Shown here in pieces: positions 26,342 through 35,232 of a stretch of DNA of 64,000 nt; position 1 is the first letter of the stretch; each line of letters begins with the position of its first letter. The stretch is taken from contig CAVZDJ010000050.1 of NCBI GenBank assembly GCA_963773975.1, positions 6,176 through 70,175 on the forward strand, written 5' to 3'. Source of the stretch: an uncultured delta proteobacterium. GTDB taxonomy: Bacteria; Desulfobacterota; Binatia; Binatales; Binataceae. The translations under genes and the position numbers were made by a program. The notes below the pieces were generated by a model, which was not told the DNA's origin, did not search any database, and saw nothing but the letters and a program-made list of their open reading frames with translations.

Positions 26342-26552
26342 TTGCTCTCTCGCCGTAGTGCTCTCTTCAGTCCGTAGGGAAAAGCCCACGCCCAGAGTAA
26401 CCGCGCGATATGGCCTGCGCCAGCGCGCGCGTTTGTGATTGCCGCTGGATACGGTGCCGGCGCGCGATCCCCTGGTGATCGAGCGCGAGATGCTGCGGCC
26501 CGCGGCGGCGCCACGCGCGCACCAGCGCGTGCGGTGAATCGGGACGTCGCTC

Positions 26553-26597
26553 CGCGGGCAGGCGGACGCCGGCGTGGCCGTCGTCCCGCCTGCCGCG
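26553..26597. terminator. GC-rich hairpin just downstream of the hydantoinase B stop
   Basis: GCGGGCAGGCGGACG...CGTCCCGCCTGCCGC imperfect inverted repeat; no U-tract. Confidence 0.3.
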
Positions 26598-26606
26598 CAG
26601 ACGGCG

Positions 26607-28232
26607 TCAGCGGGGGCGGATGGGACCGCGCCGCGCGCGGCCCCATCCGCCCCCGCCGGGGGTCTCGATTCGCACGCGCTCGCCCGCCAGCAGCCGCTCG
26701 TTGGCCTTGCCGGGCAGTTTGATTCGACGCCCGTCGCGCACCAGGTAGTTCGCGCCGGGCTTGCCGGCGGCGCCGCCGGCAAGCCCCCACGGCTCAGTGA
26801 TACGCCGGTCGGTCAGCAGGCTCAGTGTTGCGGGCACCAGGCACTCGAGTTCGCGAATCAGTCCGTCGCCGCCCGGGGCCCCGCCGCGGCCGCCGGAGCC
26901 GCGACGAATGCGGTACTCGGTGATGCGCATCGGGTAGTAAGCCTCCAGCGCCTCGATCGGCGTGTTGAGCGTGTTGGTCATGTGCGTATGGAGGCCGGCG
27001 GCGCCGGGATGGCCGGGGGCCGCGCCGGCGCCGCCGGCGATCGTTTCGTAGTACGAGAAGTGCCGCGCGCGGATCGAGTCGTAGCCGCCCAGCGTCATGT
27101 TCGACATCGAGCCTGAGCTTGCGGCCGGGATGCGGTCGGGCGCGGCGGCGGCGAGCGCGCGCAGCAGCACGTCGACGATCCGCTGCGAGGTCTCGACGTT
27201 GCCGCCCGCCACGGCGGCCGGCGCCAGCGCGTTGACGATCGAGCCCGGCGGTGCGATCACCCGAATCGGCCGCATCAGCCCCTCGTTGGCCGGCACCGCT
27301 TCCGCCGCCAGGCACTTCATCACGTAAAAGGTCGCGGACAAAGTGATCGCATAGTTGGCGTTCACCGAGCCGCGCACCTGCGGCGCGGAGCCGGTAAAAT
27401 CGACGATCGCGCGTCCGCCGCCGATCCGGATCGCCACCCGGATTTCGATCGGCCCGGTGCCGACGCCGTCGTCGTCAAGGTAATCGACCGCGCGGTACAA
27501 ACCTGGCCGCAAACGGCGCAGCGTCGCGCGCATCAGGCGGTCCGCGTAATCCTTGAGCGCCGCCATCGCCGTGGCCACCTGCGCCCGCCCACTCGCCGCC
27601 ACCAGCCCGCGCAAGCGCTCGGCGCCGACATTCAGCGCCGCGATTTGCGCACGCAAGTCGCCCTCGCGCTCCTCGCGCACCCGCGTATTGGCGAAGAACA
27701 GCTCCAGCACGTCGCGCGCCGGCTTGCCGGCGCGCATCAGATGGACCGGCGGCAGGCGAAAACCCTCCTGGTAAATCTCGGTCGAGAGCGCCATCGAGCC
27801 CGGCGCCATCCCGCCGATATCGGCGTGATGGGCGCGGTTGGCGGCGAACGCGAACGGGCGGCGCTCGTTGCCGAGGAAGATCGGAGCGACCAGGGTGAGG
27901 TCCGGCAGATGCGTTCCGCCGGCAAATGGATCGTTGACCGCGGCGACGTCGCCTGGGCCAAGCTCCAGCCGTTCGATCGCGGCGCGCACGGAAAGCGGCG
28001 TCGAGCCGAGATGGACCGGGATATGGGCGGCCTGCGCGACCAGTTCGCCGCCGCCGTCGAACAGCGCGCACGAAAAATCGTGGCGCTCCTTGATGTTGGG
28101 CGAGAAGCCGGTCTGGCCCAGCACGACGCCCATCTCCTCGGCGATCGCAGCGAGGCGGTTGTTCATCACCGCAAGCGTCACCGGGTCGAGCTTTATCGCA
28201 GGCCGCTGGTTGGCGCGCTTCATATTGCTCAC
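26607..28232 (-). CDS. Hydantoinase B/5-oxoprolinase family subunit
   Basis: DPVTLAV, SPNIKERHDFSCA, HIPVHLGS, NDPFAGGTHLPD, AHHADIGG, GNVETSQR, YETIAGG, HTHMTNT and TPGGGGWG. Confidence 0.95.
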   Translation of the reverse strand: MSNMKRANQRPAIKLDPVTLAVMNNRLAAIAEEMGVVLGQTGFSPNIKERHDFSCALFDGGGELVAQAAHIPVHLGSTPLSVRAAIERLELGPGDVAAVNDPFAGGTHLPDLTLVAPIFLGNERRPFAFAANRAHHADIGGMAPGSMALSTEIYQEGFRLPPVHLMRAGKPARDVLELFFANTRVREEREGDLRAQIAALNVGAERLRGLVAASGRAQVATAMAALKDYADRLMRATLRRLRPGLYRAVDYLDDDGVGTGPIEIRVAIRIGGGRAIVDFTGSAPQVRGSVNANYAITLSATFYVMKCLAAEAVPANEGLMRPIRVIAPPGSIVNALAPAAVAGGNVETSQRIVDVLLRALAAAAPDRIPAASSGSMSNMTLGGYDSIRARHFSYYETIAGGAGAAPGHPGAAGLHTHMTNTLNTPIEALEAYYPMRITEYRIRRGSGGRGGAPGGDGLIRELECLVPATLSLLTDRRITEPWGLAGGAAGKPGANYLVRDGRRIKLPGKANERLLAGERVRIETPGGGGWGRARRGPIRPR

Positions 28233-30250
28233 ATCTCCAGGTGGAGGTTGCCGAAGCCATCGGCGCGCAACGTGAACTCGGGGGCGACGTAGGCGGTGGC
28301 GCTGAGTTCGACCACGATCGCCGGTCCGCGAATTCTCGCGCCCGCGCCAATCGCGTCACGCACGTAAACCGGTACGATGCGCGTGCGCCGGCCGGCCGCG
28401 CGTCCACTTGGCGCGCGGCCTCCGGTGACGACCTGGATACGACGCACGGGCGACGGCGAGGTCCCATGCGCGCGGGCAAGACGCTCGGGCGCGGCGACCG
28501 CGCCGGGCGCAGTCGCGCGCAGGCGCAAGTTGACGACTTCGACCGCGGCCTCGGGCGCGGCGTGGCCGAAGATACGGCGATGGGCCGCGTGGAAGTCGGC
28601 AGCGAAGTGCGGAGTAAGCGGCACCTCGATTTCGTAGGATTGGCCGCGGTAGCGTACGTCGGCAAAAAGCTCGACACGGATTTGTGGGCGGCGCGCGCCT
28701 TCGGCGGCGAGTTCGCGCCGCGCGCGCGCGACCATCGGGGCCGCGCGCGCGATGAGGCGGCGGTAATTGGACGAGGTTTCGCGCACGGTGAGCGAGTATT
28801 CGCGTCCCAGCGGCGCCTGCAGCGCGCCCCACGCGCACAGCAATCCCGGATTGCGCGGCAGCACGATATGCCGGATGCCAAGGTCGAGAGCCAGTTCGCA
28901 GGCGTGCATCGGACCCGCCCCGCCAAACGCCATTAGCGCAAAATCGCGCGGATCGAAGCCGCGCTCGACCGTGATGACGCGTACCGCGCGCTCCATGTTG
29001 GCATTGACGACTCGGATAACGCCGCCGGCCGCGCCGATCGCGTCGGTGCGCATCGCACGGCCGAGCGCGGCGATCGCTTTTGCGGCGCGCGCGGGATAAA
29101 GGCGCATCGCGCCGCCCAAAAAACTCTCGGCCACCAGCCGCCCGGCGACCAGGTTGGCGTCGGTCACGGTCGGCGCCGCGCCGCGTCCGTAGCAGGCCGG
29201 CCCTGGATCGGCGCCCGCGCTTTCCGGACCGACCTTGAGCGAGCCGCCGGCGTCGACCGCGGCAATCGAACCGCCGCCCGCCCCGACGGTATGGATATCG
29301 ATCACCGGAGTACGGACGGCGTAGCCGCCGGGGTAGCTGAGGGTGCGGATGGCGGCGCGGCCGTCGAACAGGGACACGTCGGTCGAGGTGCCACCCATGT
29401 CGAACGTGATGAAGCGATCGACGCCGGTTGCGCGCACCAGCGCGGCCGCGCCGATCACGCCGGCGGCGGGGCCGGAAAGGATCGTGCGGACCGGCTCGTC
29501 GCGCGCCAGACGCGCGCCGATCGCGCTGCCGTTGGATTGCATCACGCGCAGGCGTGCCGCCCGCAGATCGCGCTCCAGCCGCCCGAGATGGGAAGACATG
29601 CGCGGCGCCACGTACGCATTGACCACCGTGGTCGAGAGCCGCTCGAACTCACGGTACTCGGCGAGAATTCGATGCGACACCGAGAGCGGCATGCCAAGCG
29701 GGGTGAGCGCGCGCGCAAGCCGCTGCTCGCTTGCCGGGTTGGCATAGGAATGAAGCAGACAGATCGCAATCGAGTCGGCACGCCTTGAGGCGGCGGCGCG
29801 GCGTACGCGGCTTAGCTCGGCGGCGGTGAGGCCGAGCGCCACCTTGCCGTCAAAGTAGGTCCGCTCGACGACGCCCAGGCGCATCGTGCGCGCGACGAGC
29901 GGTTCCGGGCGCTCGGGCGCGAGCGCGTAGAGATCGCGGCGGTTCTGGCGGCCGATCTCGACCACGTCCTCGAAGCCCGCGTTGGTCAGGAGCAGGACGC
30001 GCGCGCCCTTGCGCTCGAGCAGCGCGTTGGTTGCCACGGTCGAGCTGTAAGTGACCAGATCGGGGAGCAGGTCCTGGTTCGGGCCGTGGAGCGCGTCTTC
30101 AAGCATCGCTTTAAGTCCGATGATAACCGCGCGCGCCGGGTCGTCGGGCGTCGAGAGCACCTTATGCACGAGCAGGCGCCCTTCGGCGATCGCGACCAGA
30201 TCGGTAAACGTGCCGCCGGTATCGATTCCGATGATGACGGTCGTGGCCAT
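28229..30250 (-). CDS. Hydantoinase A/5-oxoprolinase family ATP-binding subunit
   Basis: GIDTGGTFTD, STTVATNALLE, LSGPAAG, DMGGTSTD, GAGGGS, SAGADPGPACYG and FGGAGPMH. ATG 30250 overlaps the upstream stop. Confidence 0.95.
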   Translation of the reverse strand: MATTVIIGIDTGGTFTDLVAIAEGRLLVHKVLSTPDDPARAVIIGLKAMLEDALHGPNQDLLPDLVTYSSTVATNALLERKGARVLLLTNAGFEDVVEIGRQNRRDLYALAPERPEPLVARTMRLGVVERTYFDGKVALGLTAAELSRVRRAAASRRADSIAICLLHSYANPASEQRLARALTPLGMPLSVSHRILAEYREFERLSTTVVNAYVAPRMSSHLGRLERDLRAARLRVMQSNGSAIGARLARDEPVRTILSGPAAGVIGAAALVRATGVDRFITFDMGGTSTDVSLFDGRAAIRTLSYPGGYAVRTPVIDIHTVGAGGGSIAAVDAGGSLKVGPESAGADPGPACYGRGAAPTVTDANLVAGRLVAESFLGGAMRLYPARAAKAIAALGRAMRTDAIGAAGGVIRVVNANMERAVRVITVERGFDPRDFALMAFGGAGPMHACELALDLGIRHIVLPRNPGLLCAWGALQAPLGREYSLTVRETSSNYRRLIARAAPMVARARRELAAEGARRPQIRVELFADVRYRGQSYEIEVPLTPHFAADFHAAHRRIFGHAAPEAAVEVVNLRLRATAPGAVAAPERLARAHGTSPSPVRRIQVVTGGRAPSGRAAGRRTRIVPVYVRDAIGAGARIRGPAIVVELSATAYVAPEFTLRADGFGNLHLEM

Positions 30251-31197
30251 CAGGGTTTGAGCAATACCTTGAAGTTTGGCGAGCGGGCGGCGGCGGCGAA
30301 CCCGGCAGGCGCCTCGCCGAGCGGGAAGATGCTCGAGACCAGCGGGCGCGGATCGACCTTTGCCGAGGCGAGCGCCGCGATCGCCGGCGCGAACCGGCCG
30401 CATCGCGAGCCCACGATCGTGATTTCGTTGACCACCGCCTGGGCCAGGTTAAGCGCTGCGCCCGCTGCCGCCGTGCTCTTGAGAATGACCTTGCCGCGCG
30501 GACGCACCAGCGCGAGCGCCCGGTTGAGCCCGGCGCTGTTGCCCGTGCAATCGATCACGACGTCGAAATCGGAATCGAGCTGCTCTTCAAGTTTTACTTC
30601 TAGTCCGAGCGCGGCCAGGCGATCGAGCTTCTCGCGATGGTGTCCGGCGAGCACCGGAGCGTAGTCCTCGGCGCGGAGCACGATCGCGGCGAGCGCGCCG
30701 AGCCGTCCGTCGCCGAGCACCGCGATTTTATTGTCGCGCCGCAATTTGGTTTGCTCGAAGATTTCATATATTGCCGCGACCGGTTCGACAAAGACGCCAA
30801 GCTCGTCGGATATCGAGTCGGGCAGAGCGATCAGATTTTCGTCGGGCAGGCGCAGGAACTCGGCGAACGCGCCGTCGCGGCCTACGATCCCGAGCACGGT
30901 GCGGTTGGAGCAATGGCGTCCCAAGCCATCGAGACACCGGGCGCATTGACCGCACGCCGCATTGATTTCGCCCACCACGCGCCGCCCGGCGAGCGCGCCA
31001 TCTTTTGTGTCGACGACTTCGCCGACGAACTCGTGGCCCGGCACGCCGCGATAAGACATGTACCCGCGCGCCAACTCGAGGTCGGTGCCGCAGATCCCAG
31101 CCATCCGCACGCGCACGATACTCTCGCCCGGGGCGGGCGCCGGATCGGGGTAGTCATCGCGCACAATCAGTTTGGGATCGAGCACCAAGGCGCGCAT
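30250..31197 (-). CDS. Zn-dependent medium-chain alcohol dehydrogenase
   Basis: GICGTD, GHEFVG, structural Zn CxxCxxC...C, EP, GDGRLG and GSRCG. Confidence 0.93.
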   Translation of the reverse strand: MRALVLDPKLIVRDDYPDPAPAPGESIVRVRMAGICGTDLELARGYMSYRGVPGHEFVGEVVDTKDGALAGRRVVGEINAACGQCARCLDGLGRHCSNRTVLGIVGRDGAFAEFLRLPDENLIALPDSISDELGVFVEPVAAIYEIFEQTKLRRDNKIAVLGDGRLGALAAIVLRAEDYAPVLAGHHREKLDRLAALGLEVKLEEQLDSDFDVVIDCTGNSAGLNRALALVRPRGKVILKSTAAAGAALNLAQAVVNEITIVGSRCGRFAPAIAALASAKVDPRPLVSSIFPLGEAPAGFAAAARSPNFKVLLKP

Positions 31198-31286
31198 CGG
31201 TCCGATTCAAACAGAAAAAACCTCGGATGCGCTACTGGAGAGGACGAGGTATTTGCGGCGCGGGAGCTTTAATTTGCTGCCGGAAC

Positions 31287-31433
31287 TTATTTGTGCCGTG
31301 AATCTGACCGGCGCGAGGCCGGCCTGAGCAGCCCGTCAACGAACCATAACGCGACCACGCTCAGAAGGACCGCGAGCCACAGCCGGATTGAAGCGCGCGC
31401 GGTGCGGCGAGGGGATTCTTTTTCGTCGTCCAC
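31287..31433 (-). CDS. Possible small single-pass membrane protein (48 aa)
   Basis: GTG start giving MDDEKESPRRTARASIRLWLAVLLSVVALWFVDGLLRPASRRSDSRHK, one TM segment; no clear RBS. Confidence 0.35.
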   Translation of the reverse strand: MDDEKESPRRTARASIRLWLAVLLSVVALWFVDGLLRPASRRSDSRHK

Positions 31434-31659
31434 AGAAATAACAAACCCGCCCTGGGCGGACGCGAGCCCATCTACAAGGAGCATAACGCGTACCAGCAAG
31501 CTAATAAGTCAAAGAGCCGATTTTTTTAGCGCGCCCATCGTTAGGCGTTGCGGAAGTGCAACCACCATCCACGGGTCGCGAACGCATCTCGCGGTCATGC
31601 ACTCGCCGGCAGTTCGGTCCGCGAGTTTCCTAAACGTGTTCGGAGGTCAGAGGCGAGAA

Positions 31660-32031
31660 TCAGTCGGAAGATTTACTTTTCGTGCTCTTTTCCGAGGAGG
31701 ATGAGCCGCTGCTCTTGTCCGACGAGCCGCCCTTCTCCGACGAGGCCGATGTCGCAGCCGCGCTCGACGAGCCATTGGTGCCGTTGCTCGCGGATTCGGC
31801 GGCAGGCTTGCTGTCGGATTTTTCGCTCGAACCGTCAGTGGCTTTGGCGCTGCCCGAGCGGGCGTAATCGGTCGCATACCATCCCGAGCCCTTGAGCACG
31901 AAGGAGGTGGCCGAGATCATCCGCTCGACCTTACTCTTGCAGGTCGGGCAGCGCTTGAGCGCCGGCTCGGTGATGCGCTGCGTCGTCTCGAACGTTCCGC
32001 ATTTGGGGCAATGATACTCGTAGATGGGCAT
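31660..32031 (-). CDS. FmdB-family zinc-ribbon protein
   Basis: MPIYEYHCPKCG...CPTCK...FVLKGSGWYATDY followed by a Ser/Lys-rich tail. Confidence 0.95.
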   Translation of the reverse strand: MPIYEYHCPKCGTFETTQRITEPALKRCPTCKSKVERMISATSFVLKGSGWYATDYARSGSAKATDGSSEKSDSKPAAESASNGTNGSSSAAATSASSEKGGSSDKSSGSSSSEKSTKSKSSD

Positions 32032-32069
32032 TTCAGTAGATGGAATCGGCTTGTGGCGCCTCTGAAGTT

Positions 32070-32098
32070 TAGATAAGCACGCCAGGCCACCTTGTCAA
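32070..32098 (-). promoter_or_regulatory. Sigma70-like promoter TTGACA-N17-TATCTA for the FmdB gene
   Basis: Consensus -35 and 17-bp spacer about 40 bp upstream of the ATG; the -10 box is weak. Confidence 0.45.
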
Positions 32099-32214
32099 TT
32101 GGATGTTCCCGGGGATGTTGGTATTCCCCCAAAGGTTCTCCAGGCAGAATGTTTCTCCAAGCGTCACCGGTCCGCGATTTGCTGGCACTGGCCGCATTTC
32201 CTATCTTCCCAGAA

Positions 32215-32487
32215 TCAGGCTCGCGACGCCATCGCGGTCAGTCTCAGGGCTATGGCGACGGGATCGCCGCAGGTTATCCTGAGCGACTTCTGCCGCGCCG
32301 CCGCGCCCGCGATTACTTCCACTGCCGAGCGCGCGACGCCCGCCATCCGTGCGACCGTCCCGATAAGCTCGGCGTTGGCCTTGCCGCGCTCGGGCTGCGC
32401 CGCGATACCGATCACCAGGCCGCGCGGGTCGACCCGCAGTATCCCGACGCGCGAGGCGCCGGGCCGCGCCATCACCCTGAGCGTCAC
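32215..32487 (-). CDS. yggU: DUF167 (YggU) family protein; true N-terminus probably further upstream
   Basis: LRVMARPGASR...AQPERGKANAELI...IAGAAARQK; conserved position after yggT. Confidence 0.88.
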   Translation of the reverse strand: MTLRVMARPGASRVGILRVDPRGLVIGIAAQPERGKANAELIGTVARMAGVARSAVEVIAGAAARQKSLRITCGDPVAIALRLTAMASRA

Positions 32488-32572
32488 CGAGCCGGCACCG
32501 GCACTCAGCCAAGCGGGTAGTGCGCCGAGGCCTTCACGTTCGGCGGCACCCTGGCGCGATTGCGGGGGGACC

Positions 32573-32890
32573 TTACGAGCCGTAGATCGCCGCCGGCGAC
32601 ATCAAAGCCTGCAGAAGCGACATGATCAGCACGCGCTGAACGAATTGAATTGCGATGATGACGACTATCGGCGAAAGATCGAGGCCGCCGAAATAGACCG
32701 GCAGATGCTCCCGAACCCAATCGAAAACCGGCTCGGTCATCGCATAGAGCGTGCGCACGATGGGGTTATACGGGTCGGGCTGAACCCAGCTCAGCAGCAC
32801 CGCGATGACGACGATCCAGAAATAGATTTGAAGCAGACCGGATAGCGTCTGGGCTGCAAACACGATCGTGTTTACCAGGATAGCGGGCAT
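32573..32890 (-). CDS. yggT: YggT family membrane protein
   Basis: LLSWVQPDPYNPIVRTLYAMTEPV...GGLDLSPIV. Confidence 0.95.
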   Translation of the reverse strand: MPAILVNTIVFAAQTLSGLLQIYFWIVVIAVLLSWVQPDPYNPIVRTLYAMTEPVFDWVREHLPVYFGGLDLSPIVVIIAIQFVQRVLIMSLLQALMSPAAIYGS

Positions 32891-32913
32891 GGTCGATGAC
32901 TCTCCGGGGCGGC

Positions 32914-33777
32914 CTAGCTCACGCGTCCGAGTTGGCGCGAGCGCTCGGCCGCTGCATGTATGGCACGCGCCACGATATCAGAAAAGCCGTCGGCGCCTAA
33001 TTGTTTCAGCGCGGCTTCGGTGGTGCCGCCGGGCGACGCGACGATCCGAATCAATTCCGCGGCCGACATCGGCGAGCGGCGCATGTTCTCCTCCGCGCCG
33101 CGTATCGTCTTGAGCGCCATCCGAAGCGCAAGCTCCGCCGGCAAGCCCAGAGACGCGGCGGCGTCCGCGAGCGCCTTGGCGAACAGGTAGACATACGCCG
33201 GCCCGCTGCCCGAAAGCGCGGTCACCGTGTCGAGCAACGCTTCGTCCTTCAGCGCCACCGCGTCACCGACGGCGCGGAAAATCCTGAGCGCGAACGCCTC
33301 GTCGGCGCCAGTCGCATTGCGTCCCCGTACCAGCGCCGCCATCCCCTGACCAACCATCGCGGGCGCGTTCGGCATCACGCGAATCACTCGCGCGCGGCCG
33401 CCCAGCGCGTCCTCCAGGCGGCCCAGGGTGACCCCGGCCGCAATCGACACGAAGAGCTTCGAGCCGAGCCCGCCTTTGCGCGACTCGCCGTTGCCCTTGC
33501 CGCCGTCGCCGCCAGCGCGGGCAAGCTCGGTCAGCACCGCGTCGATCGTTTGCGGCTTCACGGCGAAGAGCACGGCGCGCGAGGAATCCAGGACCTTGAG
33601 ATTGTCGGTCGTAACCTCGATCTTGAGCGCGCCCTTGAACTTGCGCCGCCGCGCGGCATCCACGTCGGAGGCGATCAGCTCCGATGCTCTGAAAACCTTG
33701 TTTTCGACCAGCCCGCGCGCCAGCGCCTCGGCCATGTTGCCCGCGCCGATAAAACCCAGCTTCTTTTTCACGCTCAT
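32914..33777 (-). CDS. proC: Pyrroline-5-carboxylate reductase
   Basis: GFIGAGNMA, AVKPQ, SIAAG, RVMPN, LSGSGPAY and SPGGTT. Confidence 0.97.
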   Translation of the reverse strand: MSVKKKLGFIGAGNMAEALARGLVENKVFRASELIASDVDAARRRKFKGALKIEVTTDNLKVLDSSRAVLFAVKPQTIDAVLTELARAGGDGGKGNGESRKGGLGSKLFVSIAAGVTLGRLEDALGGRARVIRVMPNAPAMVGQGMAALVRGRNATGADEAFALRIFRAVGDAVALKDEALLDTVTALSGSGPAYVYLFAKALADAAASLGLPAELALRMALKTIRGAEENMRRSPMSAAELIRIVASPGGTTEAALKQLGADGFSDIVARAIHAAAERSRQLGRVS

Positions 33778-34463
33778 CACGCACGCTCGCCGAAAATCGC
33801 GCGGCCCACCCGCACGATCGTCGCGCCTTCTTCGATCGCCACGTCGAAATCGTCGGTCATTCCCATGGAAAGCTCGCTTAGCGCAAGGCCGGTCGCCGTC
33901 GCAAGCCGATCACGCATCGCACGCAGCCCGGCGAAGTGGGTGCGCGAGCGCTCCGGGTCAGCCGCCGGCGGTGGAATCGTCATCAGGCCGAGGATTTCGA
34001 CCGTCGCGCGCGCGGCCTCTATCAGCCGCTCGACTTCAGCGGGCGCCACGCCGCTCTTGGACGCTTCGCCCGCGGCGTTGACCTCGATCAGCACCGGCAC
34101 GCGCGGCGCGCGACGCGCGCGGCCGAGCGCAGCGGCCAGGCGCGCGGAGTCTACGCTATGGATCAGCGCGAAGCGGTCCGCGGCCTCCCGCGCCTTGTTG
34201 GTCTGCAGATGGCCGATCAGATGCCAGCGGAGATCTTTCAGATCGGCTAGCGCATCCTGTTTCTTCGCCGCCTCCTGCACGTAATTCTCGCCGAACTCGC
34301 GCTCGCCGGCGATATAGGCGGCGCGAATCGCCTCGGGCGGTTGCGTCTTGCTCGCGAGCACGAGCCTGACCGTGGCCGGATCGCGCTTTGCGCGGCCCGC
34401 GGCGCGCGCGATCCGCTCGCGCGCGGCCGTCAGCCGCACGGCGATTTCATCGCGTGTGAGCAT
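33777..34463 (-). CDS. yggS: PLP homeostasis protein YggS/PLPBP
   Basis: LASKT, FGENYVQE, WHLIGHLQTNK, HSVDS and LSMGMTDDF...VRVGRAIFG; ATG at 34463. Confidence 0.97.
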   Translation of the reverse strand: MLTRDEIAVRLTAARERIARAAGRAKRDPATVRLVLASKTQPPEAIRAAYIAGEREFGENYVQEAAKKQDALADLKDLRWHLIGHLQTNKAREAADRFALIHSVDSARLAAALGRARRAPRVPVLIEVNAAGEASKSGVAPAEVERLIEAARATVEILGLMTIPPPAADPERSRTHFAGLRAMRDRLATATGLALSELSMGMTDDFDVAIEEGATIVRVGRAIFGERA

Positions 34464-34495
34464 CAGCCTCGGGTCGCGGCATCCCGGCTGGCAAA

Positions 34496-35086
34496 TCAGC
34501 CCCCGCCGTCGTGCGAAACGCCCCCATGGCGCCGCAGCGCCGCCAGCACCTCGCCAACCGGCAGGCCCATCACGTTGTCGCGCTCGCCCTCGACCTCCAC
34601 CACCAGGCCCGCGCCCTCGGCCTGAATACCATACGCGCCCGCCTTGTCCATCGGCTCGCCGGTATGGATGTAGGCGTCGATTTCGTCGTCGCCAAGCTCG
34701 CGGAAACGGACGCGGCTGATGACGGCGCGGCTTTCGGCCACGCGCCCGTCGCGGGCCAGCGCAAAGGCGGTCACCACGACGTGGAAGCGGCCGGAGAGCG
34801 TGCGCAGCATGCGATGAGCGTCGGCGTGGTCGCGCGGCTTGCCGAGAATTTCGCCGCCGCATTCGACGATCGTGTCCGCGCCCAGCACCAGTGCGCCGTC
34901 GGCGCGCCGCGATACCGCGAGCGCCTTCTCCTCGGCCATCCGGAGCGCGAACTCCGCCGCCGGTTCGCCGGCGTGGAGCTTTTCCTCGACGCCGCTTTCG
35001 CCAAGCTCGAACTCGACTCCGGCAGCCGCGAGCAATGCTCTGCGCCGCGGCGAGGTCGAGGCGAGAATCAATCTGGGAGCGGCCAT
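34496..35086 (-). CDS. maf: Maf nucleoside triphosphate pyrophosphatase
   Basis: LILASTSPRR, GADTIV, LGKP, DKAGAYGIQ and NVMGLP. Confidence 0.96.
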   Translation of the reverse strand: MAAPRLILASTSPRRRALLAAAGVEFELGESGVEEKLHAGEPAAEFALRMAEEKALAVSRRADGALVLGADTIVECGGEILGKPRDHADAHRMLRTLSGRFHVVVTAFALARDGRVAESRAVISRVRFRELGDDEIDAYIHTGEPMDKAGAYGIQAEGAGLVVEVEGERDNVMGLPVGEVLAALRRHGGVSHDGGG

Positions 35087-35232
35087 CGATGCAAACCGTT
35101 GGCAAAAAGTCCGTTGGCAAAAGGTTGCTTGAGCGCCCCGCGCCGCGCAAGCGCGGCCATGCGCCGCGCTGTTGGTCGGGCGATACCAGTTGTGCTTAGA
35201 CTCGCGCTAGATGCGTGCGAGGGCAGAATCCG

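Noticed and set aside
34464-35150. Apparent long YggS or Maf-YggS fusion (457-aa ORF)
   Set aside because: The upstream part is an off-frame reading of maf; the two genes are separate.
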